The notes under the pieces: model-generated | The model's database searches: none | Told to the model about the DNA's origin: nothing | What the model saw: the letters and a program-made list of their open reading frames with translations, nothing else | From: a virus | Taxonomy: Duplodnaviria; Caudoviricetes | Strand: one strand, 5' to 3' | Virus record (IMG/VR): IMGVR_UViG_3300026229_000023 | Span: 1-51,220 of that record | DNA length: 51,220 bases | Shown: positions 18,896 through 28,480 of the stretch, in pieces | Position numbering within the stretch: position 1 is the first letter of the stretch | Layout of the letters: each line of letters opens with the position of its first letter | Program-made: the position numbers and the translations under genes

Positions 18896-21132
18896 TTCTT
18901 GGCTCCTTGGCTCTTGCGGGCGAGGTACTGCGTAACCCAGGCATCGGTCGGCGGCCGGCCGTACTTGTCGGCGTATGCACCCCGGACTGCGTCTCGGTCG
19001 GCCTGGCTGACCTGCAGGTCGAACTGTGCGGCGCTGCTATAGAGGCCCACCTTCACCTTCGGGTTGCTCTTGAACTTGCCGTCCTTCTCCTGGATCGCAC
19101 CGAGCCGGCCGCCCTGCAGGTTCTGGGCGAACTGTTTGGCCGTCGCCGCCAGCAGAACGTCGGCCTGTTCAGGGGTCGGCTTCTTTCCGGTGGACTGCAC
19201 GAACGCCGTCTGTGCGTTCTGGTAGGCGATGGCAAATTCCCCGCGAAGCGCGGCGCGGGACTCGTTGCTCTTCTTGGATCCTTCCCCAGCGGCATCGCCT
19301 TCAGTAGCAATGCCAAGCATCTGGTAGCCGCGATCTCGGCGGTCCGTCTCGTTCATCCAGTCGGCACGCTTCGATGGGTCGTTGGCCTTGGTCTGGTCCT
19401 CGGCCAGCGACTTCAGCGTCTTGCCGCTGAGCTTGTCGGCGTACTGGCCCAGCGGCAGCTTGGCGAACTCGTTGGGACGCAGGGCCTGCATGCGCTGAAT
19501 GCTCTCCAGCGTCGCCGGGTCGTCCTGCACCGTCGCGCCTTCGGCGACGATCTTGCGATAGCGATTTACCGACTCATACAGCGTGGGGTCCTGGCCCATC
19601 AGCGCCAGCTCGGCCGGTGCCAGCACCTGCGACAGCGGCACGCTCGCGCCGGCGGCAGCCACCTTGTCGTAGATCGACATCGCCGCAGCCTTCTTCGCCT
19701 GCTCCAGCCTGTCTTTGCGCTGCGCGTAGATGTCGCGCAGGTAGCCCTCTGCAGCAGCGCGTTGATCCGGCGGCATCGTGCGAGGAATGGCAGCTATGGC
19801 ATCGGCCAGCGTCGAGGGTGCTGCAGTCGCAGCGGCAGCGACCGGCGCTCCCGACGTTGCGCCCTCCCCCGCGGCGGATGCCCAGCGCGCAGAGCGGCCC
19901 ATGACCTGGCGCACGTACAGCGCCGTCTTCGGGTTCTGCGCCGAGCGGCCGCGATTCACCACCGCATCGGCGCCGCCCTCCCCGGCGAAGTGCGCGGCAA
20001 TCGCGAAGGCCCGGCCGCCCTTGGCCAGCCGTTCCTTGTACTCGCGGGCTGCGCGCCGGGCAGACGCCGCGGCGTCCTTGCGGTCGATGCCGCCGGCGCT
20101 GGTGGCGCGGTACTGGAACAGACCCGTGGCCTGGTCGCCATCGTCCAGCACCTCGGGATTGACCACTCCGGGCCGGAACCCAGATTCTTGCTCGGCCAGG
20201 GCGTACAAGTCGGCGCGGCCTGCCGCGTCCAGGCCTTCGGCCTTTGCTGCGTCGTCGATCGCCTTGGCCACCCCGACCGACGGCACACCTCGGGCAGCAG
20301 GCGCAGGCAGCGGCTCGACAGCACCACGTCCATCGGCCAGAGACTGCGCCAGCTCGTAGGCCGCGCGGTCCTTCACCACCGGGTACAGCGTGCGCTCGAC
20401 CTGTGCTCGGTCCTCCGGCGTCATCTGGTCCGCGTAGCGGTGGTAGTAGTCCTCCGCCGCGAACGGGTCACGGGTGGCCATCGCCGCGGCCGTCTGCTTG
20501 CGCACGGAAGAGACGATGCCGCGCTCGCTGGCCTTGATCGCCTCGGCACCCATGCCCTGCGTCTGGTAGGCGGCACTGGCGATGCCGACGGCCTCCTGCA
20601 ACCGCACGTCAGCCAAGCCGAAGTCGCCGGACATGCCGGCGCTGACTGCGTCCTGGCCGATGTTGTCGATCGTGGCCTTGCGTTCGGTAGCCTCGTAGGC
20701 GCTGTACTCGCGATCGGCGTAGTTGTTGAGCCTGCCCTGCACAGAGTCGCGGAACGAGAACGACACCTGGTCGAACCGCTGCTGCTGCTCGGGCGACAGG
20801 CGGCTACGGATGGACGACACACGCTGGTCGAGATCGCCCAGCAGCGCATCGTGCGCCTGCAGTGCGTTCTTGCCCTGGTACTTGGCGATGCCGTCGGCGT
20901 TGGACGGGTTGAAGGTGCTGCCCTCCCAGTCCGACAGCTCGCGTCGTGCCTCCATGACGGCGGTCAGGTCGGCGCGCTGCTTCTGCTGCTGGAACAGATC
21001 GGCGGCCGCCTGGCCAACCGCACCAGCGGTTCGGGTCAGCGGCGACAGGTCGACCTGTGCGGTGTTGCGGACCTGTGGGCCAAGCTCGGCCTGCACCTGC
21101 GGCCCGCTGGTGCGTGGGATTAGGGTCGCCAT
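18892..21132 (-). CDS. Internal virion protein with lytic transglycosylase-like domain
   Basis: LAEQESGFRP...ATGLFQY...AIAAHFAGEG...TALYVRQV resemble SLT motifs I-III. Confidence 0.75.
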   Translation of the reverse strand: MATLIPRTSGPQVQAELGPQVRNTAQVDLSPLTRTAGAVGQAAADLFQQQKQRADLTAVMEARRELSDWEGSTFNPSNADGIAKYQGKNALQAHDALLGDLDQRVSSIRSRLSPEQQQRFDQVSFSFRDSVQGRLNNYADREYSAYEATERKATIDNIGQDAVSAGMSGDFGLADVRLQEAVGIASAAYQTQGMGAEAIKASERGIVSSVRKQTAAAMATRDPFAAEDYYHRYADQMTPEDRAQVERTLYPVVKDRAAYELAQSLADGRGAVEPLPAPAARGVPSVGVAKAIDDAAKAEGLDAAGRADLYALAEQESGFRPGVVNPEVLDDGDQATGLFQYRATSAGGIDRKDAAASARRAAREYKERLAKGGRAFAIAAHFAGEGGADAVVNRGRSAQNPKTALYVRQVMGRSARWASAAGEGATSGAPVAAAATAAPSTLADAIAAIPRTMPPDQRAAAEGYLRDIYAQRKDRLEQAKKAAAMSIYDKVAAAGASVPLSQVLAPAELALMGQDPTLYESVNRYRKIVAEGATVQDDPATLESIQRMQALRPNEFAKLPLGQYADKLSGKTLKSLAEDQTKANDPSKRADWMNETDRRDRGYQMLGIATEGDAAGEGSKKSNESRAALRGEFAIAYQNAQTAFVQSTGKKPTPEQADVLLAATAKQFAQNLQGGRLGAIQEKDGKFKSNPKVKVGLYSSAAQFDLQVSQADRDAVRGAYADKYGRPPTDAWVTQYLARKSQGAKK

Positions 21133-21133
21133 G

Positions 21134-21700
21134 TCACAGCCCCCAGCCGCGCGAAATGCGCGCGTTGTTGCGCATGGTGATGCTGTTGGCCTGGGACGAC
21201 AGGTTCCCAGAACCGGCCGCCCCCGCCCTGCCCATACCGCCGATCCCCATACTGGCTGCGCTGGCGAGCGAGCCCAGGATCGTACCGGTCGCCTGTGCGT
21301 TGCCGCTCCAGCGGGCCAGCTCGCCCTGCGTGCGCTGGTTCTGGGCCTGTGCGTTGAAGCCCCAGGCCTGCCGCGCAGCGTTCATGCGGATCGTCTGCTG
21401 ATCGACCTCACCGAACATGGCGGTTTCGCCCAGGATCTCCGCCGGCGTACCGAGCGTGGGGTCGATGTTGTTGGCGGCGATCGCGGCGCGCTGTTGGCCA
21501 AGCGCAATGCGCGTGCGCCAGGACTGCTGCTCCATCTCGCGGGTGGCCAGGGCGTTGCTGGCGTCGGCGTCCTGCTGCGCCAGCATCGCGTTGTTCTCGG
21601 CGATCTGCGCGTTGGCCTTGCCCTGCTGGTTCTGCACGTTCGCCTGGTAGGCGCCGGTTACGAGCGTGGCGGCAATGAGTGCTACGGCTGGGTTGCAGAT
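21134..21700 (-). CDS. Internal virion protein (T7 gp14-like); apparent start codon is ATC, or GTG at 21637
   Basis: AAGGAG-N8-ATC TGC AAC CCA gives (M)CNPAVALIAATLVTGAYQ; Gln/Ala-rich; typical position. Confidence 0.7.
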   Translation of the reverse strand: MCNPAVALIAATLVTGAYQANVQNQQGKANAQIAENNAMLAQQDADASNALATREMEQQSWRTRIALGQQRAAIAANNIDPTLGTPAEILGETAMFGEVDQQTIRMNAARQAWGFNAQAQNQRTQGELARWSGNAQATGTILGSLASAASMGIGGMGRAGAAGSGNLSSQANSITMRNNARISRGWGL

Positions 21701-21712
21701 GACACTTTCTCC

Positions 21713-22192
21713 TTACTGCCCGGCGCAGGCCTTGGCCTGCCGCAGCTTGATGGTTCGATAGGACGGTGCGCCGTCGGTGCGCCAGTAGCGGTTGGAGCAG
21801 ATGTGCGACACATGGCTCTGGGTCACGCCGAACAGCCGGCCAATCGCCGTGGGGCGCATGCCGGCCTTCCGCAGTTCCTTGATACGGGCCACCTGCTCGG
21901 GCGAGAGCTGCGCGAGGCGGCTGCGACGCACATTGACGGCCTGAGTCACGGCCTCCAGGTGCGCCGGGTTGCAGCAGGCACGGTTGCCGCACAGATGATC
22001 CAGCACCATTCCGTCCGGCACCTGGCCGTGCAGGCGCTGATAGACCAAGCGATGCATGCGCTGCGACCTATCGGCAGCGACACTTGCTCGGGAGTAGCCA
22101 TCACGGTCGAGAGAGCAGTCGTCCCCGCTGCGCTTCAGCGGAATGTGGCACGGGCTGGTGTACCCGTGGTCGTGGTGGCGGAAGCTATGCAC
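21713..22192 (-). CDS. Free-standing HNH endonuclease with C-terminal HTH
   Basis: MHRLVY...VLDHLCGNRACCNPAHLEAVTQAVN; IGRLFGVTQSHVSHI HTH; GTG start with GGAG. Confidence 0.85.
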   Translation of the reverse strand: MHSFRHHDHGYTSPCHIPLKRSGDDCSLDRDGYSRASVAADRSQRMHRLVYQRLHGQVPDGMVLDHLCGNRACCNPAHLEAVTQAVNVRRSRLAQLSPEQVARIKELRKAGMRPTAIGRLFGVTQSHVSHICSNRYWRTDGAPSYRTIKLRQAKACAGQ

Positions 22193-22667
22193 CGTCGGCG
22201 CTCCAGTAGAACGGAAGGAAAGGGGCGCTGTCCGGTCCGACCGGCACCGGCGCGAGGAAGTGGAAGCCCAGCCAATGCAGCCAGCGCTGCGCGGCCTCGT
22301 TGCGCTGATCAACGACGTTGAACAGCATCGAAGGGAACGCGTGCTGCATGCGGGCCAGCGCCGGGCGGGACAGGCGCAGCAGTTCCTTCTGGACCGACAG
22401 CGGGTCAAGGCCTGTCGAGCCAACCATCCAGGGCGTGCCGATGCCACCGAGGATCGAGTAAGGCGTGGCCCCGAACATGCACACCGGCACGCCTCGCACC
22501 ATCGCCGTCCATGCCTCAGCGCTCCCGGCCAGGCCTCGATGCAGGGCCTCGGCCGGCGTGGTGCGGGCGCAGGCCCACAGCTCGACCACGTCCGCAGGCC
22601 GCGCAGCAGCTGCGATCACTTCGATGTGTCCAGCCTCGGCCGGTACCAGTTCTGCGGTGATCTTCAT
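22185..22667 (-). CDS. T7 gp13-like protein (putative GNAT-fold)
   Basis: RPADVVELWA...PVCMFG...PWMVGS...LFNVVDQRNEAAQRWLHWLGF. Confidence 0.7.
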   Translation of the reverse strand: MKITAELVPAEAGHIEVIAAAARPADVVELWACARTTPAEALHRGLAGSAEAWTAMVRGVPVCMFGATPYSILGGIGTPWMVGSTGLDPLSVQKELLRLSRPALARMQHAFPSMLFNVVDQRNEAAQRWLHWLGFHFLAPVPVGPDSAPFLPFYWSADGA

Positions 22668-24310
22668 TCGGACGCCACCACCTGGGGCATCAGCGACAGG
22701 ATCTCCATCGGCAGCGGGTCGTCGCTGACGATGTGGAAATGGCCGCTGTCCACGCCCCACCTGCAGGACATGTTCTTGCGCAGGACGCCGGTGTACGGGG
22801 CCGTGGGCTCGTCGTAGTTCTCGAAATCGCGCTGTGCGATCGGATCCAGCGTGTCCAGCGTGGTACCGACGTAGACGCCACGGGTGTTGCGCACCAGCAG
22901 CGCGACTTCGAAGGCGAGTTTCTTCATGGGGCGCAGCGGGTCGCCTCCGTTGGAGTTGACCTCCAGCGTCTCAATGTGGGCGGTGTACGGGAGGCCGATG
23001 TGCACCACACCTCCGGGACGCTGCAGCTGCACCTTGCCGTCGACCACCTGCAGGTCCTTCTGCACGTTGCCGTCGACCAAGGCCACCACGCCCTTGCCCT
23101 CCAGGTGGCCCATTCCGGCGATAGTCGAACGCTGGTAGATCCAGTCCTGCACAGCAACGCCGCGCAACGCCAGCGGCACCGAGCCGATCGACTCGACCGT
23201 CGCTACCGTGGGCGACACAAAGGCCATAACCCGCACGCGCACGTGTTCGTCGACGATCGCCAGCCGCAGGATGTTGCCCACGTCGCCTGCACCGCTGAAG
23301 ATCGCGGCGCCGGTGGTGGCTGTGATCACTGCGCCCTCGTTCCACCCATCGGTGCTGGTCAGGGTCATGGGCGAGCCGTTCGGGCGCCGGCCGTCGTAGG
23401 TCAGCAGGCTGTCTGCATACTTCCAGTCGAGCGGATCGTCGTACCGGGTTGGGGCCATCTGCTCCACGTACTGGACCCATTCGCCGTTGATGAAGCGGCG
23501 CACCAGCAGGTAGACCTCGGTTTCGATCTCGCCTGGCAGGCAACAGACGTCCAGCACCTCGCCATCGGTTTCATGCGGGTGCCAGCCGGTGACCTCCTGC
23601 TCGGGCATATACGTGCAGCCGATCAGTACACCGTCCGTGCGCGGCATCCACAGGATCGGCCAGGGCGCAGTGCTGTATTCGATGCCACGGAACGTGTAGC
23701 CCTGCACCAGGTGGTCGGCCCAGATGCTGATCTCGTTGCCGCGGAAGCCGTCCTTCTCGAACTGATAGGCCAGATCGCGCACGCGCTGGCCCTGTGCCTG
23801 CAGGAACACCGCCGATTCGCCCAGCACTCGCGCCTGCAGGTCGCCAGTTCCATAGGCCGACTGCGGCTTGATCCCGATCGTGCTGGGCGTCACGACAGCG
23901 TCCTGGCCGCCGGTGACCTTCCACTCGCCGCCGGTCGTCAGCACCAGCAGGCTATCCAGCGGCACCAGGTCGCGGATCGCGTTCACCTGGCGCGCATTGA
24001 TCGTGAACGACACCGCGTCGCTGTCGACGATGGGCGAGCTGCGCCCGAAGTTGGGATAGTCACCGATGTTCGATGCCCATACGGTCTGCGGATCGCCAGG
24101 GCTGCCGGCGAACCACAGGCGATCGCCGAAGAACTCGACCTCACCGGGGTAGCCATAGCGATAGGACCAGGCACCGACTGCCCAGACGTCGGTGCCACCG
24201 ACAGCGCCGGCCGCGTACTGGGTCACCACGATGTTGTTGGTACCGGTCGGCGGCGCCTCATAGAAGTTGATCAGGTCCGCGCCGGGATCGATCGTCCAGC
24301 CCTGTGCCAT
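22664..24310 (-). CDS. Tail tubular/nozzle protein, C-terminal part
   Basis: GYPGEVEFFGDRLWFAG...WASNIGDY...YMPEQEVTGWHPH; ATG overlaps upstream TAA, GGAGG RBS. Confidence 0.8.
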   Translation of the reverse strand: MAQGWTIDPGADLINFYEAPPTGTNNIVVTQYAAGAVGGTDVWAVGAWSYRYGYPGEVEFFGDRLWFAGSPGDPQTVWASNIGDYPNFGRSSPIVDSDAVSFTINARQVNAIRDLVPLDSLLVLTTGGEWKVTGGQDAVVTPSTIGIKPQSAYGTGDLQARVLGESAVFLQAQGQRVRDLAYQFEKDGFRGNEISIWADHLVQGYTFRGIEYSTAPWPILWMPRTDGVLIGCTYMPEQEVTGWHPHETDGEVLDVCCLPGEIETEVYLLVRRFINGEWVQYVEQMAPTRYDDPLDWKYADSLLTYDGRRPNGSPMTLTSTDGWNEGAVITATTGAAIFSGAGDVGNILRLAIVDEHVRVRVMAFVSPTVATVESIGSVPLALRGVAVQDWIYQRSTIAGMGHLEGKGVVALVDGNVQKDLQVVDGKVQLQRPGGVVHIGLPYTAHIETLEVNSNGGDPLRPMKKLAFEVALLVRNTRGVYVGTTLDTLDPIAQRDFENYDEPTAPYTGVLRKNMSCRWGVDSGHFHIVSDDPLPMEILSLMPQVVASE

Positions 24311-25482
24311 TACTGCACCTCCTGCGCGACGTTGCCGCCGCGGCCGATGCCGCCACCACTGGTGCCACCAGTACCGCTGCCACCGGGGTAGTACGGATTC
24401 GATTGCACCGGCACGCCGTCGATCTTGACCTGGTAGTCCAGATAACTGCTGCTTGTGGCGCCTGGGATGGAGAACTGTTTCGTGGTGCCGTCGCCGTTGA
24501 AGGTCCACGGGCCGGCCACCGGCGGCGGCACGTTGCCCACGATACTGTCGGGGATCCGCTCGATCACCGTGGCGGTGACCTCAAAGGGGCTGGTGAACGC
24601 GGTGATCTTCATGATCCCGAACCCGCCGTGCACGTACTCCCATTCGACGCCGACGGCGTAGTCGTTGACGTTGTCGAACTTCACGTCCTGCGGGCCGTCG
24701 AAGGCGCGGCCGCTGTCGTGCACCGGACGAACGCTGCCGCAGACGTAGTACGGCGTTCCTTCCAGGCCGGTCACCACGGGGACGCTCACGCAGCGGTAGA
24801 CCTTCTGGTCGCTCCGGCGGAGGGCGCCCAGCGGCACGTTCTTCTCCGCCGCCACCCAAGGCTTCACCGAGCGCAGTTCCTTTTCCTCGGCATACAGCAG
24901 CGAGCCGACCATCTCCGCAGTGAAGGTCGGGACGTTGGTCGTCACCGTCACCACGCCCTGGGTGCCAGATACGGCCAGCAGCGCGGCCTCGTCGTTGTTG
25001 AAGGGGCGGAACGGTCCACGCCGGTACTCGAAGTCGCGTAGCTCGAATTGGTCGACAGCCAGACGGCGCAGCTCCTTCTGCGGGATCCACGGGTGCACCA
25101 GGAACAGCACGTCGGCCGACTGCGTGTGCCGCACCTTGTAGATGTCCTCACCGGTGTACGGCGTGACCACCTCGACTATCTCCCCCGCCCCGTTGCGCAG
25201 TAGTGCACCGCCCACCCAGAACCGCATGTAGCCGTCGCCCAGCTCGATCGCGTACTTCACCGTTGTCGAGTAGATGAACGGGATAAAGCGGGTGGCACGG
25301 TTGTTGTGCTTCGCACCGCCGCGGTACAGGTAGCCCGGGCGCTTCTCGCCGCCGCCGGTGGGCTTGGTGATCACGTTGCGGCAGGTCTTCAGGCTGATGG
25401 CATAGCGCACCATGTCGACGCGCCCCTGGAGCCCGGGCGACAGCTCGCCGCCGGACATGCTCGGTTGCAGCAGACGTGCCAT
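24310..25482 (-). CDS. Tail tubular/nozzle protein, N-terminal part
   Basis: QPSMSGGELSP...GRVD...GGGEKRPG...IPFIYS...ELGDGYMRF...QSADVLFLVHP. Confidence 0.8.
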   Translation of the reverse strand: MARLLQPSMSGGELSPGLQGRVDMVRYAISLKTCRNVITKPTGGGEKRPGYLYRGGAKHNNRATRFIPFIYSTTVKYAIELGDGYMRFWVGGALLRNGAGEIVEVVTPYTGEDIYKVRHTQSADVLFLVHPWIPQKELRRLAVDQFELRDFEYRRGPFRPFNNDEAALLAVSGTQGVVTVTTNVPTFTAEMVGSLLYAEEKELRSVKPWVAAEKNVPLGALRRSDQKVYRCVSVPVVTGLEGTPYYVCGSVRPVHDSGRAFDGPQDVKFDNVNDYAVGVEWEYVHGGFGIMKITAFTSPFEVTATVIERIPDSIVGNVPPPVAGPWTFNGDGTTKQFSIPGATSSSYLDYQVKIDGVPVQSNPYYPGGSGTGGTSGGGIGRGGNVAQEVQ

Positions 25483-25484
25483 GG

Positions 25485-26126
25485 TCAGGCCCTCGCCATC
25501 TGGGCCATGGACGGCTGATGCCCGTCCTCGTCGGCCTCGTTGAAGTCGTGCGCCGCGGCCTGGCTGAGCGCGAGCTGGTACAGCTGCTTAAGGCCGGATT
25601 TGTTGGAGAACCCATTGGCACCGATGATCGTCGGCGCGCCTTCCTCGGCCAGCTTGCAGGCCAGCGCATCGACGAAGTGCGCCGGGTAGCGTTCCGGGTC
25701 TTCCACGCGCGCGACGTAGATCAGATAGGCATCGGCCCGATCGCACAGCAGCGACGTGCCGTCCGTGCCCATCGCCTGCTCGAACTGGATGCCGTGGCAC
25801 TGGCGGAACTGCGGCGCACACCAGCGCGACAGGCGGCGACCAGCGCGCATGCCCTGATCGTCGGTGATGGCCAGCACGGTGATGCAATCTGACGGGCGCG
25901 AGTAGCGGATCTCCCAACCCGGCATCGGTGCCTCAGCGGCGACCGCCAGGCGCTGGGCCTTCATCGCCCACGGCCACAGCCGGTCGGCCAGCACCAGGTC
26001 GCGCATCGGATCCCACAGGCGCGAGAACACCCGCGCCTCCTTCGAGCGCTCGGTCAGCGAGGTAATCGTGATGTCCTGGGCCAGCTTGCCCAGGGCCAGG
26101 TTGCAGATTTGGACTTGGGAGGTCAT
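25485..26126 (-). CDS. Tail adaptor (tail tubular protein A, T7 gp11-like)
   Basis: ICNLALGKL...WPWA...GW..RY..PSDC...FVDALACKLA. Confidence 0.8.
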   Translation of the reverse strand: MTSQVQICNLALGKLAQDITITSLTERSKEARVFSRLWDPMRDLVLADRLWPWAMKAQRLAVAAEAPMPGWEIRYSRPSDCITVLAITDDQGMRAGRRLSRWCAPQFRQCHGIQFEQAMGTDGTSLLCDRADAYLIYVARVEDPERYPAHFVDALACKLAEEGAPTIIGANGFSNKSGLKQLYQLALSQAAAHDFNEADEDGHQPSMAQMARA

Positions 26127-26137
26127 GGCTCACCCAG

Positions 26138-26166
26138 AAAGAAGAAGGCCGCCCGAAGGCGGCCTT
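26138..26166 (-). terminator. Intrinsic terminator after the capsid genes
   Basis: AAGGCCGCC-TTCG-GGCGGCCTT then CTTCTTT on -. Confidence 0.75.
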
Positions 26167-26184
26167 GTGTTGCAGGTAATGCGA

Positions 26185-26652
26185 TCAGGACGCCGGGGTG
26201 GCCGGCTTGCCGTCTGCGTACACGCGCCAGATGCTCGGGTCGAGCGTCAGATACGCGTTGAAGGCGCCCGCAGTCAGCGGCCCGGTCGCCACCGTGTAGC
26301 GCACACCCAGGTACTGCTTGTAGTCGCCCGCCGGCAGCGGCACGACCGCCAGGACCGCACCGGCAGTCATGTCGGCCAGTGCCAGGGCGCCGGTGGCGTA
26401 GTGCACCCTCGGGTTGGTGGACAGAGCGGGGTTGTCGGCCGACTCCAGGGACGCGACGACGGTGGCAGCGCCTGCCGCTGCTGCAGCCTGGGTGGCGACG
26501 ATCACCAGATAGGTAATCGCCGGAGCGCCCAAGTTTTCGGTGGCATTCGGCGCAAGGCCGGTGCCCTTCAGGTTCATCACGTTGGTCGAGATGGCGGTCG
26601 CGGTGACCGCCTGCGCCGAGGAGAACTCGGCGCGTGCGTCAATGTGGGACAT
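26185..26652 (-). CDS. Capsid cement protein (BPP-1 Bbp16-like)
   Basis: FSSAQAVTATAISTNV...QYLGVRYTVATGPLTAGAFNAYL; follows major capsid gene. Confidence 0.8.
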   Translation of the reverse strand: MSHIDARAEFSSAQAVTATAISTNVMNLKGTGLAPNATENLGAPAITYLVIVATQAAAAAGAATVVASLESADNPALSTNPRVHYATGALALADMTAGAVLAVVPLPAGDYKQYLGVRYTVATGPLTAGAFNAYLTLDPSIWRVYADGKPATPAS

Positions 26653-26711
26653 GGATCTTGCTCCAGTTGTGTGGGTTTACTTTCAGCACCCGCCAAAGCG
26701 GGTTCGGTCAG

Positions 26712-27704
26712 TTACGCGACGGCGCCTTCATCCCAGGCGAGCGCGTCGCTGACGCGGATCGGGATGCCACGGAAGGTGTTCACCGGCTGACCGTTCAGTT
26801 CGGTCTGCTTCAGCGCTAGGATGCGGCGGTTGTTGGCCTGGATGTCCAGCCACTCGTAAATGTCGCGGTTGACGTAGATCACCGTGTTCAAGCTCTCCAG
26901 GCGCTCGATGCGGTGCGTCGCCTTGATCAGCTCGTTGATCAGCACCAGCTCGGTGTTCGGCTCGGGGTCGACCTTCAGATTGCTGACCTTGATGTTCGCC
27001 ACGCGGGCGATGCAACGCGGGTCTTCAACTGCCAGGCCAGCCTGAAGCGCAAACCAGTCGCGGTAGGCCGGGTACTTGCCGCCGTTGCCATCGTCGACCA
27101 GTTCGTCGCCGTAGTCGGTGTGCTGGATGCCGGCCTTGGTGCCCTTGGCGTAGATGCCATACACCGAGTCATCGCCCCAGCCAACGACCCAGATCGAGGT
27201 CAGATTGCTGCCAGTGCCCGACAGCTTGATGATCTGGCGCGACAGGTCGCCGGTGGCGTCGGCGTAGCGCTCCTTCAGGCCCACGAATCCGGCCGACTGG
27301 ATCTTGGAGCCGTTGAAGAACTGCGACTCGAAGCTCTGGCCGATCGCCTCAATGTGGCGGCCGTTCTTCTTCACGCGGAAGTCAGAGACGTTGGTCGACA
27401 GCTCAGCCAGTACCTTGTCGACCTGGCCCAGCGACGCGAACTCGGCGGTGGCTTCGGTGATGTCGGCGGCCTTGCCGGTCGACGGCTTCACGCCCGCGTT
27501 GAGCTTGCGCAGAACGGCCTCGGGCAGCTGCGTTTCCACGCCGATGCGATGGCCGTTCGTGGTGTTGGCTTCAACCCACGGGATGTCCTGGAAGACCGGC
27601 TTGCGCTTGGTCAGGATCTCCGCGATCGGCAGCGGCTTGCCGTCCTGGGTGTAGCGGGTGGAGATGTCGGTGATGTTCGGCACATCACGGGTCAGAGTTG
27701 CCAT
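26712..27704 (-). CDS. Major capsid protein (BPP-1 Bbp17-like)
   Basis: DIPWVEAN...LPEAVLRKLNAGV...TSIWVVGWG...RVANI...FRGIPIRVSDAL. Confidence 0.85.
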   Translation of the reverse strand: MATLTRDVPNITDISTRYTQDGKPLPIAEILTKRKPVFQDIPWVEANTTNGHRIGVETQLPEAVLRKLNAGVKPSTGKAADITEATAEFASLGQVDKVLAELSTNVSDFRVKKNGRHIEAIGQSFESQFFNGSKIQSAGFVGLKERYADATGDLSRQIIKLSGTGSNLTSIWVVGWGDDSVYGIYAKGTKAGIQHTDYGDELVDDGNGGKYPAYRDWFALQAGLAVEDPRCIARVANIKVSNLKVDPEPNTELVLINELIKATHRIERLESLNTVIYVNRDIYEWLDIQANNRRILALKQTELNGQPVNTFRGIPIRVSDALAWDEGAVA

Positions 27705-27724
27705 TGTTCAGTCCTCTGGATACG

Positions 27725-27745
27725 AAAAAGCCGCCAATCGGCGGC
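27725..27745 (-). terminator. Terminator-like hairpin between scaffold and capsid genes
   Basis: GCCGCC-GATT-GGCGGC-TTTTT on -. Confidence 0.5.
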
Positions 27746-27769
27746 CGTGGGATGGGTTGTTGTGGTGGC

Positions 27770-28480
27770 TCAGTCGCGCTGGCGTGCTGCCGGGCGATCG
27801 GCGTACTGGTACATGCGGTCACCGGTGCTTTGCGTACCACTGGTCGTGGTGCCGCCCAGACCGTCCACCTTGCTGTCGCGAAGGAACCCGCCGAAGAAGG
27901 CGAACGCCTTGATCATGGTCGGATGGTTGCCCCAGCCCAGATCGTTGAATGCCTTGGTCAGCTCGGGATCGTTGATGGCCTTCACCGCAGTGGTGGCCAG
28001 GCCGACGGTTTCGTCGTACTTGGCGCCCAACTGCTGCTTGGCATCCGCGCCCCACTGTTCCAGCTGCTGCAGGCGCTGTGCCTCCACGGCTTGCTGCAGT
28101 GCCGCCGCGTCCTGCCCGGCCATCTGGGTATACAGGTCGACGGCCTCCTGGGCCTGTTCCTGCGTCCAACCCTTGGCCTTGAAGAACTCGGTGGCCTGTC
28201 CAAGGCGATCGCCTTCGAGGGTGAACCCCTCCGGCACCTTGAACGCCTCGTACTGCTCCGGTGCGGTTGCGGCGGTGTCACCGTCGGGCTTGCCGGCATT
28301 GCCGCCTTCGCCCTGGGTGTCCTTGCCGGTCGCGCCCTTCGCGTCACCCCCATCCCCCGTACCCTCGGTTGCCGGCTGGCCACTGCCGCCGGTGCCCTGC
28401 TGTTCCGTGGTGCTGGTGGTGGTCTTGCCTTCGCCTTCGCCAGAATTTTGGGTGCTGGTATCGGTGGCGTTGTCACTCAT
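27770..28480 (-). CDS. Capsid scaffolding protein
   Basis: Disordered Thr/Gly N-terminus, APEQYEAFKVPEG, GWGNHPTMIKAF; position before major capsid. Confidence 0.75.
   Translation of the reverse strand: MSDNATDTSTQNSGEGEGKTTTSTTEQQGTGGSGQPATEGTGDGGDAKGATGKDTQGEGGNAGKPDGDTAATAPEQYEAFKVPEGFTLEGDRLGQATEFFKAKGWTQEQAQEAVDLYTQMAGQDAAALQQAVEAQRLQQLEQWGADAKQQLGAKYDETVGLATTAVKAINDPELTKAFNDLGWGNHPTMIKAFAFFGGFLRDSKVDGLGGTTTSGTQSTGDRMYQYADRPAARQRD

Noticed and set aside
24313-24508. Canonical -1 programmed frameshift joining the nozzle halves
   Set aside because: No X XXY YYZ heptamer; a strong RBS and TAATG coupling explain the arrangement
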